Counted from the first letter of the stretch, positions 37,601-47,715 are shown. The stretch is DNA of 64,000 nt from Planctomycetota bacterium (GCA_044222185.1 JBGANV010000007.1:243022-307021); one strand, 5' to 3'. Translations and numbers: made by a program. Notes: generated by a model from the letters alone, not told the origin.

Positions 37601-40600
37601 GGAGTGGCGAGGCTGGCGGCGGGGACCACCGCCGTGATCGTCGTCGCGTTCACGTAGGTGGTGGCGAGGGCGCCGCCGTTCCAACGGACGACGGACGTGT
37701 TGACGAATCCCGAGCCGGTGACCGTGATCGTGCTCGGTGCGGAGCCGGCGGTGACCGTCGACGGGGAGACGGATGACGCGGTTGGCATCGGCGCCATCAG
37801 GTCGAAGGTCTTCGCACCCGAGGTCCCACCACCGGGCGTCGGAGTGAAGACCGTCACGGATTGGGAACCAGCCAACGTCAGCGTCGCGGCCGGCACCACG
37901 GCCGTGAGGGTGGTCGCGTTGACGAACGTGGTCGACAGCGCGGCGCCGTTCCAACGCACCGAAGAGGTGCCGACGAAGCCGCTCCCGGTGGCAGTCAACG
38001 TGAGCTGCGATGCGCCGCTGTTCGCGCTCGTGGGCGAGATCGTCGCGAGCGTCGGCGCGGATGCGCGCGCCTCGAACGCAAGCGGCGCCGTGAGTCCGCC
38101 GCCCGGTGTCGGGTTGAACACCGTCAACTGGCCGACCGTGGGAAGCGTCAGATTGGCGGCCGGGATCGTGGCCGAGAGCGCCGTCGGCGTGATGTAGCTC
38201 GTCGCGAGATCGACTCCGTTCCATCGAACGACGGACGTGCTGAAGAAACCGCTCCCGCTGACCCACAGGGTGGTCTGGCCCGATCCGGCGGCGACCCAGG
38301 CCGGCGTCGATGCCACGAGCGTCGGCGTCGGATGGTTCACCGTGAAGGCCTGCTGTGCGGACGTGCCGCCACCAGGTGGCGGATTCACGACCGTCACCTG
38401 GGCGATGCCAGGATTCGCCACGAGGACTGCCGGCACGGTCACCGTGAGCGAGCCCACACCGATCGCCGTCGTCACCAACACGTTCCCGTTCCACTTCACC
38501 GAAGATGTGGCGTAGAGCCCCGTGCCAGTCACCGTCAGGGTGATCGGTTGCGCGGGCGCCGTCGCCGTCGACGGTGACAGGCTCGAGATCGTCGGGACGG
38601 GGTGATTCACCGTGAATCCCAGGGAGGGCGAGACTCCCGCCGCGGGATCGAACACGGTGACGCTGGCCGGCCCCGGGACCGAGAGGTTCACCGCCGGGAT
38701 CGTGGCCGTCAGTGTGGAGATGCTGACGAAGGTCGTCGTGAGGTTGGCGCCGTTCCAACGGACGATCGATGATGCCGTGAAGCCGCTGCCGTTGACGGTC
38801 AACGACGTGGCGGCCGCGCCGGCCGTAGCCGCCGCGGGCACGAGCGACGTGATGATCGGCGACGCGCTGCTGATCGTGAACACCGACGCGAGTGAAGTGC
38901 CGCCGCCCGGCGTCGGATTGAACACCGTCACGTTGGCCGTGCCCATCGACGCGAGATTCGTCGCGGGTACGACTGCGGCCAACTGGGTCGGGCTCATGTA
39001 CGTCGTCGCGAGGTTGACGCCGTTCCAGCGGACGACTGACGTGGCGAAGAGCCCCGTTCCGACGGCTGTGAGAATCGTGGCGGGAGAGCCCGCCGCGACG
39101 TTCGTCGGGGCGATCGACGCGAGTGTCGGCACTGGGTGGTTGACGCTGAAGCTGGCGCCAGGAGATGTCCCGCCGCCGGGAGCGGGGTTGAACACCGTCA
39201 GAGTGACCGTGCCAGGCGTCGTCAGGTTTTGCGCCGAGACGGTCGCCGTGAGGGACGTCGGGCTGACGTACGTCGTCGGCAGATCCGCACCGTTCCAGCG
39301 CGCGACGGACGCGGCGAAGAACCCCGTTCCGGTGATGGCCAGCGTCAGCGGACCCGTGCCGGCGTTCGCAGCCGCGGGGGTCAGGACGCCGACGCTCGCG
39401 ATCGGATGATTGACGGTGAAGGTGAGTGCGCTCGAGATTCCTCCGCCCGGGAGCGGAGTGAACACGGCCACCAACGCGGGCCCCGGAATCATGAGATTTG
39501 CTGCGGGCAGCACGGCCGTCAACGACGTGCTCGTGACGAACGTCGTCGCGAGCGCGCTGCCGTTCCAGCGCACGACGGACGTGGGCGCGAATCCCGACCC
39601 CGAGATCGTCAGGTTGCCTTGGGGAGCACCTGCCGTCGCCGATGTCGGTGAGATCGACGCCAGCACCGGCAGGCCGGCCGTGACGTCGAAGGGCGTGTTC
39701 GCCGACGTGCCGCCCCCAGGCGTTGGATTGACGACGCTCACCTGGGCCGTGGTCTGCGCGGCCAGCAGGTTGGCGGGGACGGAGGCCGTGAGGATGCCGC
39801 TCGAGGAATAGGTCGTCGACAAGGCAGCGCCGTTCCAGCGCACCGTCGACGACGCGTTGAGACCGCTCCCAGCGACCGTGATCGTGACGCCCGCCGTACC
39901 GGCGACGGCACTCGGGGGCGCGAGTGAAGCGATGGTTGGCGACGGGTTGTTGACCGTGAACGCGAGGGTGGATGAGGAACCTCCGCCGGGGGCCGGAGTG
40001 AACAGCCCGACGGACGCGGTCGTTCCCGTGGCGAGCGACGAACTCGGGACGATCGCCGTGAGTGTTCCGCCGGCTGGCTGTTGGGTCGGGAGATCGACGC
40101 CGTTCCAGCGGACGACTGTGCTCGGGTCGACGTTCGCCGCACCGACGGTGAGGGTTTGGTTGGGCGAGCCCGCCAAGGCGCTCGAGGGTGTGAGGGATTG
40201 GATGACGGGGACGGGACGGCCAAGCGTGAACGTCACCGGCGTCGAGGTGCCGCCGCCGGGCGTGGGGTTCGTGACGGTGACGTCGTAGTTGCCGGCGATC
40301 AGGGCCGCGGACGGAGCAACCGTCGCCGTCAATTGGCTCGTGCTGACGAAAGTCGTCGGCACGTTCGCCCCGCCGAAACGCACGACGCTGCTCGTGGTGA
40401 ACGCACTCCCGTTGACGGTCAACGCGACCGTAGTGCCGGCGAGCGCGGACGTCGGCGTGACGCTCGACGCCGTGGGCATGGGGTTGTTCACCGTGAACGT
40501 GAGCGATGACGACGTCCCACCGTTCGGGCCGGTCGTCACCACTGACACGGGCACCGTCATGGCGGTCGTCAGGTAAATGGATGGGACCGTCGCCGTGAGC

Positions 40601-43392
40601 GACGTGGGCCCGACGTAGGTCGTGGTGAAGTTCAGCCCGTCCCATTTCACGATGGAGGTCGGCAGGAACGACGACCCCGTGACGGTGAGCGCGATCGCGG
40701 GAGATCCGGCGGTGGCACTCGAAGGCGTAATCGCCGTGAGCGCAGGAGGCACTGCCGTCGCCGTGAACGTCAGCGGGCCGGTGAGACCGCCGCCTGGTAG
40801 CGGGTTGAAGACCGCGACGTCCGAGGTGCCAGCGCTCGCGATGGCGCCCGCTGGCACGGAGGCACTGAGTTGTGACGGGCTCACGAACGTCGTCGGGATG
40901 TCCGTTCCGTTCCACCGAACGACGCTCGTCGGAATGAACCCGGAGCCGTCGACCGTCAGCGTGAACCCGGCCGAAGACGTGCTCAGCACGCTCGGTGAGA
41001 TGGCCGCGATGGAGGGGGTCGGATTGGAGAAGGAGTCGATGCGGAAGTTCAGAGTGCCGTCGATTCCGCCGCAGTCATCGTTGGAGATGACGACGCAATG
41101 CGTCCCCGGACTCAGATTGAGCGTCGTCGTTTGTGGGGCAGCGGTGACGGCGCCGCTGTAGACCGCCGTATTCCGGCCGATCCACTGACCGGCCGACGCT
41201 TGGCCGGCGCCGAACAACGCCCAGTGTCTCGTACCGCTGAATCCCGTGATCGTGAACGAGTAGTTGCCGACGCTGGGGATGTGGAATTCGAAGGCTCTGA
41301 CGACGGTCGGAGGCTGGAACGGCTGAAGCGGCCACTGACCGAGCGTGCAAGTGATGGCTGTGGTGTGCTCCGCCCATCCGTGGCCCGATGCGATGCCCAC
41401 TGGAACGGGGATGGGACCGGCGTGCCCGTCAGCGACGACGTACGCCGCGGCGCCAGTCGACTGGCTTTCGGCGGCGCCGATTCCGATCTCGGCCTTGCAG
41501 ATCCCGAAGAAGAAGTCCGGATACGGTCGTATCGCGGCGACGGCATAGTGCCCGGGCGACGGGAGGAAATCGAAAGCCGTGCAGCCCGTCACCTGAGTTG
41601 CCGAGCTCGAGAGCGTCGCCGTGATGACGTCACCGCAGTTGAAGTGCATGCAGAACGGAGCGGATCCCGAGATCGGGCCGCCGTCGCGGTAGACGACGAG
41701 TACGTGGTCGCCTGCGCCGATAGGAATCTGTTGCACCGGGCCGCCGCCCACGCCGTGATACGGCGACGACCCGCGGGTCCTCCAGCCGGATGATGGCGTC
41801 AATCCGAGGAACAGCTCCCAGCCCAGCCCGGGGCCGCCGGTCATGCTGACCGCGTGGGGAGTTGCGGCACCGCTCTGGTGGAGCCTGTAGATCTGGATGA
41901 TCGAACCCGACGGGAACGTGTCGGTGATCGTTCCCCAGGACTGGCTTGTGGTCGAAGCCTTCGCTGCTTGTGCCGTGGCTGTAGCGCTTCCCAGAGTCTG
42001 GACGAACGTGCCATCGAAGGCGTCCGACGCACTGGCGAAGGATCGAACGACGAAATCGCAGGCCGAGCCAGGCTGCGTGGATGTGGGGCCACCCTGATAC
42101 AGGTTCCAGTCGGCGCCCGACGAGCTGACACCAACGGCGACCGATTTGACCAGGGCGCCGCCCTGGTATCCCGCGGAGCCATGGAATCCCGTGCACGCCT
42201 CGCTGATCGTAGTTTTCGGGGTCTGATTGAAGTCGACAGTCGTCGCGGGCGTGCACGGTGTGATCGTGAGTATGGCCTCGTTGGAAGGGCCGCCCCCCGC
42301 CAGGAACGGGGTCGGGGTCTGCATCGGGCTCGGGATGGGATTCTCGACGACGATCGACGCTCCGCCGGGCGTGCTGATGAGAGACTGCGGCACGGCGATG
42401 TCGATTTGCCCCGGCGCAGCGTGGGTGAACTGAATCGGCGTGCCGTTCCACAGCACGCGGCTTCCCTCGACGCCACTGGCGTCCTGCCGTCCCCGGTGGA
42501 ACCGCTGGCCATGGATGCTCAGCGTGAAGGCGGCGGAACCAACGGGGACGGACGGCGTGCTCAAGCTCACGATCTGCGGGGGCAGAGCCGGTCCGTACAT
42601 CGCGGCCATGGTCTGCGCGTCGCCGTTGCTCATGTGGGATCCCTGACCCATCGAGTTCTGGTGGGAGAGGGACTTGTCCGTGATCGTCTTCAGCGGGAAC
42701 GGGCAGGGCCCCCCCGACGGGCAGATGGAGAACGCGAACTGGTCGTAGTGCATGATCGAGTCGAAGTCGTAGGGAGTGGGATTGAACGACGAGTCGAGCC
42801 TCATGAAGTTCAGCGAGTTCCCGCCGGTCGGGCCCGGGTCGATGTTGTTGAAGTGGATCAGGACCTTCTGATCGCGATCCGACCGCATGTGCTCGTGGAT
42901 CATCCCGAGGCAGTGGCCGATCTCGTGGACGAGCGTTGGCCAGTTCCACGAGTTGATGAAGATGTTCTGGATCGGGAGAGGCGAGACACCGACGAAGGAC
43001 GCGTACCCGCCCGAATTCGGCGGCGGGTTGATCCAGTTCTCGAATCGGACGTGGTGCGGTTCGATCGTCCACGGGACGAACTTGACGTTGGCTACGGCTT
43101 CCCATTCGGCCATGGCATCGCGTGCGAGGTCTCGATTCGCCTGGGTTACGTTGGGGTCGAACGCGTAGGGAACGAAGCCCAGTGGCCAAAGCACGGCCTG
43201 CCAGCTGCCATCGCCGTACACGGCGTCGGTCGGCAGAACCATGTCGTCGATGAGGATCATGCCCTCCGGGACCTCCGGTGACTGCGCGCGCACCGGCAGG
43301 GCGACCGCCAGGAGGATGAGCGTGGCTATCAGGGCCCGGTGGAGCGAGATGCGTGAAGCCGAGACAGTGCAGATCGGGCGGGGTCGTGTCAT
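34639..43392 (-). CDS. Giant secreted M12A (astacin) metalloprotease with about 23 IPT/TIG domains
   Basis: Signal peptide, HEIGHCLGMIHEH.RSDRD, SIMHY Met-turn, and about 90-aa repeats G.GF...SVVRWNG...TT.VS...L...V.NP.PGGG.S. Confidence 0.92.
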   Translation of the reverse strand: MTRPRPICTVSASRISLHRALIATLILLAVALPVRAQSPEVPEGMILIDDMVLPTDAVYGDGSWQAVLWPLGFVPYAFDPNVTQANRDLARDAMAEWEAVANVKFVPWTIEPHHVRFENWINPPPNSGGYASFVGVSPLPIQNIFINSWNWPTLVHEIGHCLGMIHEHMRSDRDQKVLIHFNNIDPGPTGGNSLNFMRLDSSFNPTPYDFDSIMHYDQFAFSICPSGGPCPFPLKTITDKSLSHQNSMGQGSHMSNGDAQTMAAMYGPALPPQIVSLSTPSVPVGSAAFTLSIHGQRFHRGRQDASGVEGSRVLWNGTPIQFTHAAPGQIDIAVPQSLISTPGGASIVVENPIPSPMQTPTPFLAGGGPSNEAILTITPCTPATTVDFNQTPKTTISEACTGFHGSAGYQGGALVKSVAVGVSSSGADWNLYQGGPTSTQPGSACDFVVRSFASASDAFDGTFVQTLGSATATAQAAKASTTSQSWGTITDTFPSGSIIQIYRLHQSGAATPHAVSMTGGPGLGWELFLGLTPSSGWRTRGSSPYHGVGGGPVQQIPIGAGDHVLVVYRDGGPISGSAPFCMHFNCGDVITATLSSSATQVTGCTAFDFLPSPGHYAVAAIRPYPDFFFGICKAEIGIGAAESQSTGAAAYVVADGHAGPIPVPVGIASGHGWAEHTTAITCTLGQWPLQPFQPPTVVRAFEFHIPSVGNYSFTITGFSGTRHWALFGAGQASAGQWIGRNTAVYSGAVTAAPQTTTLNLSPGTHCVVISNDDCGGIDGTLNFRIDSFSNPTPSIAAISPSVLSTSSAGFTLTVDGSGFIPTSVVRWNGTDIPTTFVSPSQLSASVPAGAIASAGTSDVAVFNPLPGGGLTGPLTFTATAVPPALTAITPSSATAGSPAIALTVTGSSFLPTSIVKWDGLNFTTTYVGPTSLTATVPSIYLTTAMTVPVSVVTTGPNGGTSSSLTFTVNNPMPTASSVTPTSALAGTTVALTVNGSAFTTSSVVRFGGANVPTTFVSTSQLTATVAPSAALIAGNYDVTVTNPTPGGGTSTPVTFTLGRPVPVIQSLTPSSALAGSPNQTLTVGAANVDPSTVVRWNGVDLPTQQPAGGTLTAIVPSSSLATGTTASVGLFTPAPGGGSSSTLAFTVNNPSPTIASLAPPSAVAGTAGVTITVAGSGLNASSTVRWNGAALSTTYSSSGILTASVPANLLAAQTTAQVSVVNPTPGGGTSANTPFDVTAGLPVLASISPTSATAGAPQGNLTISGSGFAPTSVVRWNGSALATTFVTSTSLTAVLPAANLMIPGPALVAVFTPLPGGGISSALTFTVNHPIASVGVLTPAAANAGTGPLTLAITGTGFFAASVARWNGADLPTTYVSPTSLTATVSAQNLTTPGTVTLTVFNPAPGGGTSPGASFSVNHPVPTLASIAPTNVAAGSPATILTAVGTGLFATSVVRWNGVNLATTYMSPTQLAAVVPATNLASMGTANVTVFNPTPGGGTSLASVFTISSASPIITSLVPAAATAGAAATSLTVNGSGFTASSIVRWNGANLTTTFVSISTLTATIPAVNLSVPGPASVTVFDPAAGVSPSLGFTVNHPVPTISSLSPSTATAPAQPITLTVTGTGLYATSSVKWNGNVLVTTAIGVGSLTVTVPAVLVANPGIAQVTVVNPPPGGGTSAQQAFTVNHPTPTLVASTPAWVAAGSGQTTLWVSGSGFFSTSVVRWNGVDLATSYITPTALSATIPAANLTLPTVGQLTVFNPTPGGGLTAPLAFEARASAPTLATISPTSANSGASQLTLTATGSGFVGTSSVRWNGAALSTTFVNATTLTAVVPAATLTLAGSQSVTVFTPTPGGGTSGAKTFDLMAPMPTASSVSPSTVTAGSAPSTITVTGSGFVNTSVVRWNGGALATTYVNATTITAVVPAASLATPGTAQITILNPTPGGGTSSAVTLTIAYPVATLSSVAPTTVLAASPATTITLTGGGFFPATVVRWNGTDLATTFVSSTALTATIPAANLVNPGTAALTALNPTPGGGLSAPMSFDVSAPAPTLQTLSPAVRSAGSAAFTLTATGSGFVTTSIVRWNGVAMPTTFVNATTLTASIAAANTTTPGAVAVSIFNPTPGGGTSTPSTFTVSYPLPVPTSLSPASVLAGAPQTTLTVSGLGGFYPASVVRWNGVDLATTYVSATSLTAVLPAALLATPGSAIITVFNPAPGGGTNQGTFGVAVLYPAPTLASVSPSSVVAGAGQSIITATGTGFFDTSVVRWQGAAVPTTFVNATTLTATIPAASLTPQGSRLVSVFNPAPGGGQTAFVPVTVAAPAPTVASVNPALVVRYSSAWSLTVGGTGFLPNSTVLWNNSTSLPTTYVDGATLVATLDESVINAAAASSTVRVTTPGPGGGTSATLAVAVEFPTPVIESLTPDSAVVGSAAPTVMVAGTGLSPNASVRFDGVTVPSTFGANGVLTFVPPASALAGVGIHQVTVFNPSPGGGLSAPVTFTSANPSPVLTAITPGSAPVGSAATALGVSGAGFVPGSLVQWNGVALPTIYVSASALTATIPASHFVSSGPALVTIHTPAPGGGDSNTAGFVVTPSGPVVTALVPPSVVAGLSGFALSVLGSAFTAVSIVQWDGTPLPTTFVAGSPGTPASLTTTIAANLVDAPGTHVVTVFDSQGSQTSPPITFAVVRARIVAVTPTSIPIQTPASPAIALTIDAAGSSFSATSFVVADGTPLSTTFVDPSRLTCTLGPGVPATLRPGGIALSVQNGAATPLAVSSAWALTVGTATANRGTIRLTPLVPAPGETFGIALENCIDGLFSLYADAGNYPPLAPFPDATTNMVLSVGPLVGTGAPFIPLVEGFGFFGPPSGATLTNGGEFILPPIFTRPNPPIGLDVTLQGVFLDPTSPLGVRLTWARFPLSL

Positions 43393-43645
43393 GGATGGGT
43401 CTCCGGCAAACGCGCGTGGTCGCCACAGGGTAGTGCGACGCTGGGAGCCGGATCGGCTCGAATTTCCTGGGATTGGCTCTCGACTGGCTGGCGCTCTGCG
43501 ACGAGCCGGTCCTCAGCCGTTCCTTCAGCCCCCATCGCGGGCGGGCGCCGTCCGGCATCCGCGAGCGGTCGGCCGCGCGTGGCGCGGGGGTTCGTCACGA
43601 CCTTCTGGTTCCAATTCCGGCCGCGCCGCCTATAGTCGCGGCGGA

Positions 43646-46195
43646 ATGGGAGACACCGGATCGGAGCCTGCGACCCCTACGGATCGCGATCCAAAGACCC
43701 GACCGACCGACGGAGCTGCCGGCTCGGCCTTCGCTGGGGGTGCCGGCCGGACGGGGCGCGACCTCTTCTCGGACGAGCCGGCGGTCGGCGATCTCTTCGC
43801 CGAGCGGTATGAGCTTCGCGATGAGTTGGGGCGCGGTGGTCAGGGCGCGGTCTTCTCGGCGTGGGACGTCCGGCTCAAGCGGGCCGTTGCGGTCAAGATC
43901 CTCCGCGATGGCGCGGGCGCGAGTGGTGCGGCGCTGGGGCGGTTCCGCCGCGAGGCCGAGATTGCCATGCGCCTCGACCACCCTGGCATATGCCCCGTGT
44001 TCGACGTGGGGCGCCACGAAGGCTCCGCGTTCATCGTCATGCGACTCGTCGACGGCCAGACCTTGGCCGATCGCATCCTGGCACTGAGGCCCGAGTCCAG
44101 CGCTTCGCGGAACCCGACGGCCGCTTCGGCGAAACCCATCGCGGTCGACGAGGCCGATTCCGAGCCCCCGTCCGAAGCGCCGAAGGTCGACCGCGCGACG
44201 GTGATCGACTTCATCCGCATCATCGAGAGCGTGGCGCGCACGTTGCACGTGGCGCACGAGGCCGGGATCGTTCACCGCGACATCAAGCCGGGGAACATCA
44301 TGATCCCGAAGGATGGCGAGCCGGTGATCCTCGACTTCGGGCTTGCGCGCGATCAGACGGAGACCGGTGCGGCGTTGACGCTTTCCGGTGACATCCTCGG
44401 CACGCCGGCCTATATGTCGCCGGAGCAGCTTCTCGATCCCAGCGCCAAGCTCGATCGGCGCACGGACGTCTACTCGCTCGGAGTGACGCTCTTCGAGTGC
44501 ATCACGCTTCGCAAACCGTTCCGCGCGCCGACGCGCGATGGTCTCTATCGCGAGATCCTCGAGGAGCCGCCGCCCAACATCCGGCGGTTGAACCCCCAGA
44601 CCCCGCGCGACCTGAAGACCGTGCTCGAAGTTGCGCTCGAGAAGAACCGCAACGCCCGCTACCAGACGGCCCTCGATTTCGCCGCGGATCTGCGCCGCGT
44701 CTGCGAGAACGAACCCATTCACGCCCGCCCCATCGGCACGACGCGCCTCCTGCGCCGCTGGGCCCGCCGCCATCCCCGCATCGCGACGGGCACGATCGTG
44801 CTGTTCGTGTCGATGGCGGTGGCGTTGGTGGTCGCATTCCAATTGCTCAGCGCAACGGAGGCGGAGAGGTCGGACAAGGCACGAGTCGTGGTCGAGCTGA
44901 CGCAGCTGGCAGATGTGAAGCGGATCCGGGATCTTCGAGCTGAGGCGACGAGGCTCTGGCCTCCGTATCCGCAACACGTCCCAGCCATGCAGGCGTGGAT
45001 CGCGAAAGCGGAGGCCCTCGAAGCGAAGCTCCCGCTCCATCGAAGCGCGCTGGACGCGGTGCGTGCGCGCGTGGCGTCCGCGTCGGTGGGGGTCGATCAC
45101 GAGAGAGACGCGCTTCAATGGCAATGCGAGTGCGTGACGGAGATCGTCACGCAGCTCGAACGCTTCGTCGCACCGGAACCGGAGAAGGGCGATCTGGCGG
45201 AGATGCGGTCGAGACTTTCCTTCGCGGAAACCGTCGAGAGGCGCACGCTCATCGACGCCGGTGAAGCATGGGACGAGGCGATCCGTTCGATCGCGTCGGT
45301 GACGGACTGCCCCGCCTACAAAGGCCTCCGAATCCAGCCGCAGCTCGGGTTGATCCCAACCGGACGTAATCGGAATTCGGGACTGTGGGAGTTTGCCATT
45401 CTCCAGACCGGTACGGTCCCGTCGATTGGAGCGGATGGGGAGCCGGTGCTTCGCCCAGATTCAGCCGTCCTGCTCGTCCTCTTGCCCGGCGGGGAGATGT
45501 TGCTTGGGTCTCCGGACACCGAGGACGGACGGGGAGACGACGAACCCATTCATGCGGGTTCCTTCCCGCCGTTCTTCGCTGGGAAGTACGAGCTGAGTCA
45601 AGCCGCATGGAGTCGCGTCATGCGTGGACTCCCACCTTCCACGAAACGCTGGGTCGAACCGTATGACCCGATGTTGCCCGTCAGCGACATCGCGTGGGAC
45701 GACGCGGCCGAGTTTTGCACACGAGTCGGTTGCCAATTACCGACCGAGGATCAATGGGAGTACGTCTGTCGATCGCACGCGCGGACCGCCTATTGGTTTG
45801 GAGACGATCCCAGCGGACTGCAGCGTTACGGAAACATCGGCGATCAGCTTCACGCACTGACGCTGAAGGGATCGAACCAGGCCCTTACGTTTGCGCCATG
45901 GCAGGACGGATTCTCTGCTGCATCACCCATTGACGCATTCCCGCCGAATCGTTTCGCGATATTCGGAGTGAATGGGAACGTGTCCGAGTGGTGCGCCGGG
46001 TCCGAGGCGGACGACCCGGCGGTGCGATTGGCGGAAACCATGCCGTCGACTCTTCTGCCAAGAAGGGCATACAGAGACGGCAACTGGTTGTTGCCGCCGG
46101 TTCACGCGAGATGCGCCGCGCGTCGCGAATTCCCGCTGGGAGTCCACTCGCCGATACTCGGGATGCGTGTCGTTCGGGGTCTCAGCGACGGATGA
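43646..46195 (+). CDS. Hanks-type Ser/Thr kinase with TM helix and C-terminal FGE/SUMF1-like domain
   Basis: GRGGQG, AVK, HRDIKPGN, DFG, GTPAYMSPE; TM segment; LPTEDQWEY and GNVSEW. TATAGT lies just upstream of the ATG. Confidence 0.92.
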   Translation: MGDTGSEPATPTDRDPKTRPTDGAAGSAFAGGAGRTGRDLFSDEPAVGDLFAERYELRDELGRGGQGAVFSAWDVRLKRAVAVKILRDGAGASGAALGRFRREAEIAMRLDHPGICPVFDVGRHEGSAFIVMRLVDGQTLADRILALRPESSASRNPTAASAKPIAVDEADSEPPSEAPKVDRATVIDFIRIIESVARTLHVAHEAGIVHRDIKPGNIMIPKDGEPVILDFGLARDQTETGAALTLSGDILGTPAYMSPEQLLDPSAKLDRRTDVYSLGVTLFECITLRKPFRAPTRDGLYREILEEPPPNIRRLNPQTPRDLKTVLEVALEKNRNARYQTALDFAADLRRVCENEPIHARPIGTTRLLRRWARRHPRIATGTIVLFVSMAVALVVAFQLLSATEAERSDKARVVVELTQLADVKRIRDLRAEATRLWPPYPQHVPAMQAWIAKAEALEAKLPLHRSALDAVRARVASASVGVDHERDALQWQCECVTEIVTQLERFVAPEPEKGDLAEMRSRLSFAETVERRTLIDAGEAWDEAIRSIASVTDCPAYKGLRIQPQLGLIPTGRNRNSGLWEFAILQTGTVPSIGADGEPVLRPDSAVLLVLLPGGEMLLGSPDTEDGRGDDEPIHAGSFPPFFAGKYELSQAAWSRVMRGLPPSTKRWVEPYDPMLPVSDIAWDDAAEFCTRVGCQLPTEDQWEYVCRSHARTAYWFGDDPSGLQRYGNIGDQLHALTLKGSNQALTFAPWQDGFSAASPIDAFPPNRFAIFGVNGNVSEWCAGSEADDPAVRLAETMPSTLLPRRAYRDGNWLLPPVHARCAARREFPLGVHSPILGMRVVRGLSDG

Positions 46196-46228
46196 CCCTT
46201 CGCCGCTCCGGTCGGTCACCGAGCCGCA

Positions 46229-46525
46229 TCAATTGCTCAGGCTCAGGGAGATCAAGGCCGTGGTGTCATACTGCGGCTTCGGATGCGGCACGCCGCCGCT
46301 CGTGGGGGAGATCTGGATCACCGATCCCGAGATCGTGATCGACAAGGCCGACACGTAGTCACCGCTGCCGGACGTCTGGATGTTGCTGAAGCCGACGCGC
46401 AGCAGCGCGGCCTTCAGGTCGGCGTAGGTGGGACCGCCACCGAGCGGGAAGTAGGCGATGTCGGGAAGCGCTGCGGTCGCAACGCACGAACGAGTCGAAG
46501 TCGGCACTGGGGATCTCCGCACCAT
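46229..46525 (-). CDS. Small hypothetical protein or gene remnant
   Basis: The 3' about 75 codons have coding-like GC3 (LPDIAYFPLGGGPTYADLKAALL...). The start is unconvincing. Confidence 0.35.
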   Translation of the reverse strand: MVRRSPVPTSTRSCVATAALPDIAYFPLGGGPTYADLKAALLRVGFSNIQTSGSGDYVSALSITISGSVIQISPTSGGVPHPKPQYDTTALISLSLSN

Positions 46526-46644
46526 CCGCAGGATGAGATGGCCAGGACCTCCATCGGCCGCGATGCGCCTCGGGGAAAAGCGTCAATGGTGCCGCGAAAC
46601 CCGCGGCATTCCGGCGAGTGCAAGCCGGTTCGCGATGTCGACGG

Positions 46645-47679
46645 TCACTTCAAGAGCCGCTCGAGCGCGCGGGATGCGTCCTCACTGAATGGCGCGACGC
46701 CGACGGCTTCGATCTCCTCGTAGATCTTCAACGCGCCGGCCGAGTCCTTTTTCTGGATCCGGGTGAACGCTTCCTGGAGGCGGCCCTTCGCGTAATCGGA
46801 ATAGGCGGCATCGAGCTTCTTTCGCAGGTCGGTGATGCCCGAACCGCCGACCTTCCACAGCGCGTCGCTCTTGTCGGCGATCCGCATCACTCGATAGGCG
46901 TCGGCGAACGACTTGGACGAGATGTCCGCGGCGACTCGCCGCGTGATCTGGTCCCACGTCGCTTTCGGATCCGCCGAATTGAGGATCTGGTTCCTCTCGT
47001 TTTCCTCGGCGAGGGCCCGCTGTCCTTGCGCGATACGGCGGCGTAACGCGGCGACCTCGGCGGCCTCGACGATCTCGGTGTCCAACTGCTCGAGCTCGGA
47101 GGCCGCGAGGCGAAACTCCTTGTCCGTCCGTGCCGTGCGCACGAGTTCGCGCACGTGGGTGAGGTGCTCCATGTTCTCCGTCTGCTTGCTCGCGCGCGAC
47201 AGCAGCCATGCGACGAACACACCCGCCCCGATGAGCACCAACGAGATGACGACGATGCCCGATGGCGAGCCGTGCCTGCCACCTCCGCGACCGCCTTCGT
47301 GGCGATAGAACCGCCGGGGTTCGCCGTGCTCGTCCTTGGGGATCGTCGTGAGTACCTGCGGACCCGACAGCGGCACCGGCGGCTCCGTCGCGGACTCTCC
47401 GCTGAACGTGATCACGGTCTTGCCGATCGTGATCTCGTCGCCGTGACGCAGCATCTCCTGGTTGACGAAGCGCCCGTTCAGGCGCGTCCCTGTCCGCGAT
47501 TCGAGGTCGACGACCTTGAAGCCGTTGGGCGTCAGCCGGATCTCGCAGTGGAGCGCCGACGCCTCCGGGTCCCGCACGTGGAGATGCGCCGCCGAGCCGC
47601 GTCCGATCACCGTGATGGATTCGAGGATTTCGTGAATCCGCTCGCGGTTGCCTTCAGTAACGATGAGCTTGCCGTCCAT
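46645..47679 (-). CDS. FHA-domain membrane protein
   Basis: VIGRG..SALHC..DLESRTGTRLNG, a single TM segment and a helical C-terminus. Confidence 0.85.
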   Translation of the reverse strand: MDGKLIVTEGNRERIHEILESITVIGRGSAAHLHVRDPEASALHCEIRLTPNGFKVVDLESRTGTRLNGRFVNQEMLRHGDEITIGKTVITFSGESATEPPVPLSGPQVLTTIPKDEHGEPRRFYRHEGGRGGGRHGSPSGIVVISLVLIGAGVFVAWLLSRASKQTENMEHLTHVRELVRTARTDKEFRLAASELEQLDTEIVEAAEVAALRRRIAQGQRALAEENERNQILNSADPKATWDQITRRVAADISSKSFADAYRVMRIADKSDALWKVGGSGITDLRKKLDAAYSDYAKGRLQEAFTRIQKKDSAGALKIYEEIEAVGVAPFSEDASRALERLLK

Positions 47680-47715
47680 GGTTGCGCCGGACGGTACGGA
47701 ATCGCGGCCCGCGGG

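Noticed and set aside
36857-40915. 1352-aa alternative-frame ORF, and similar long shadow ORFs (3293-4948, 5448-7283, 18508-20733, 22266-24533, 24603-26630, 48631-50622)
   Set aside because: Arg/Gly-rich, motif-less frames overlapping well-supported genes, as expected in high-GC DNA.
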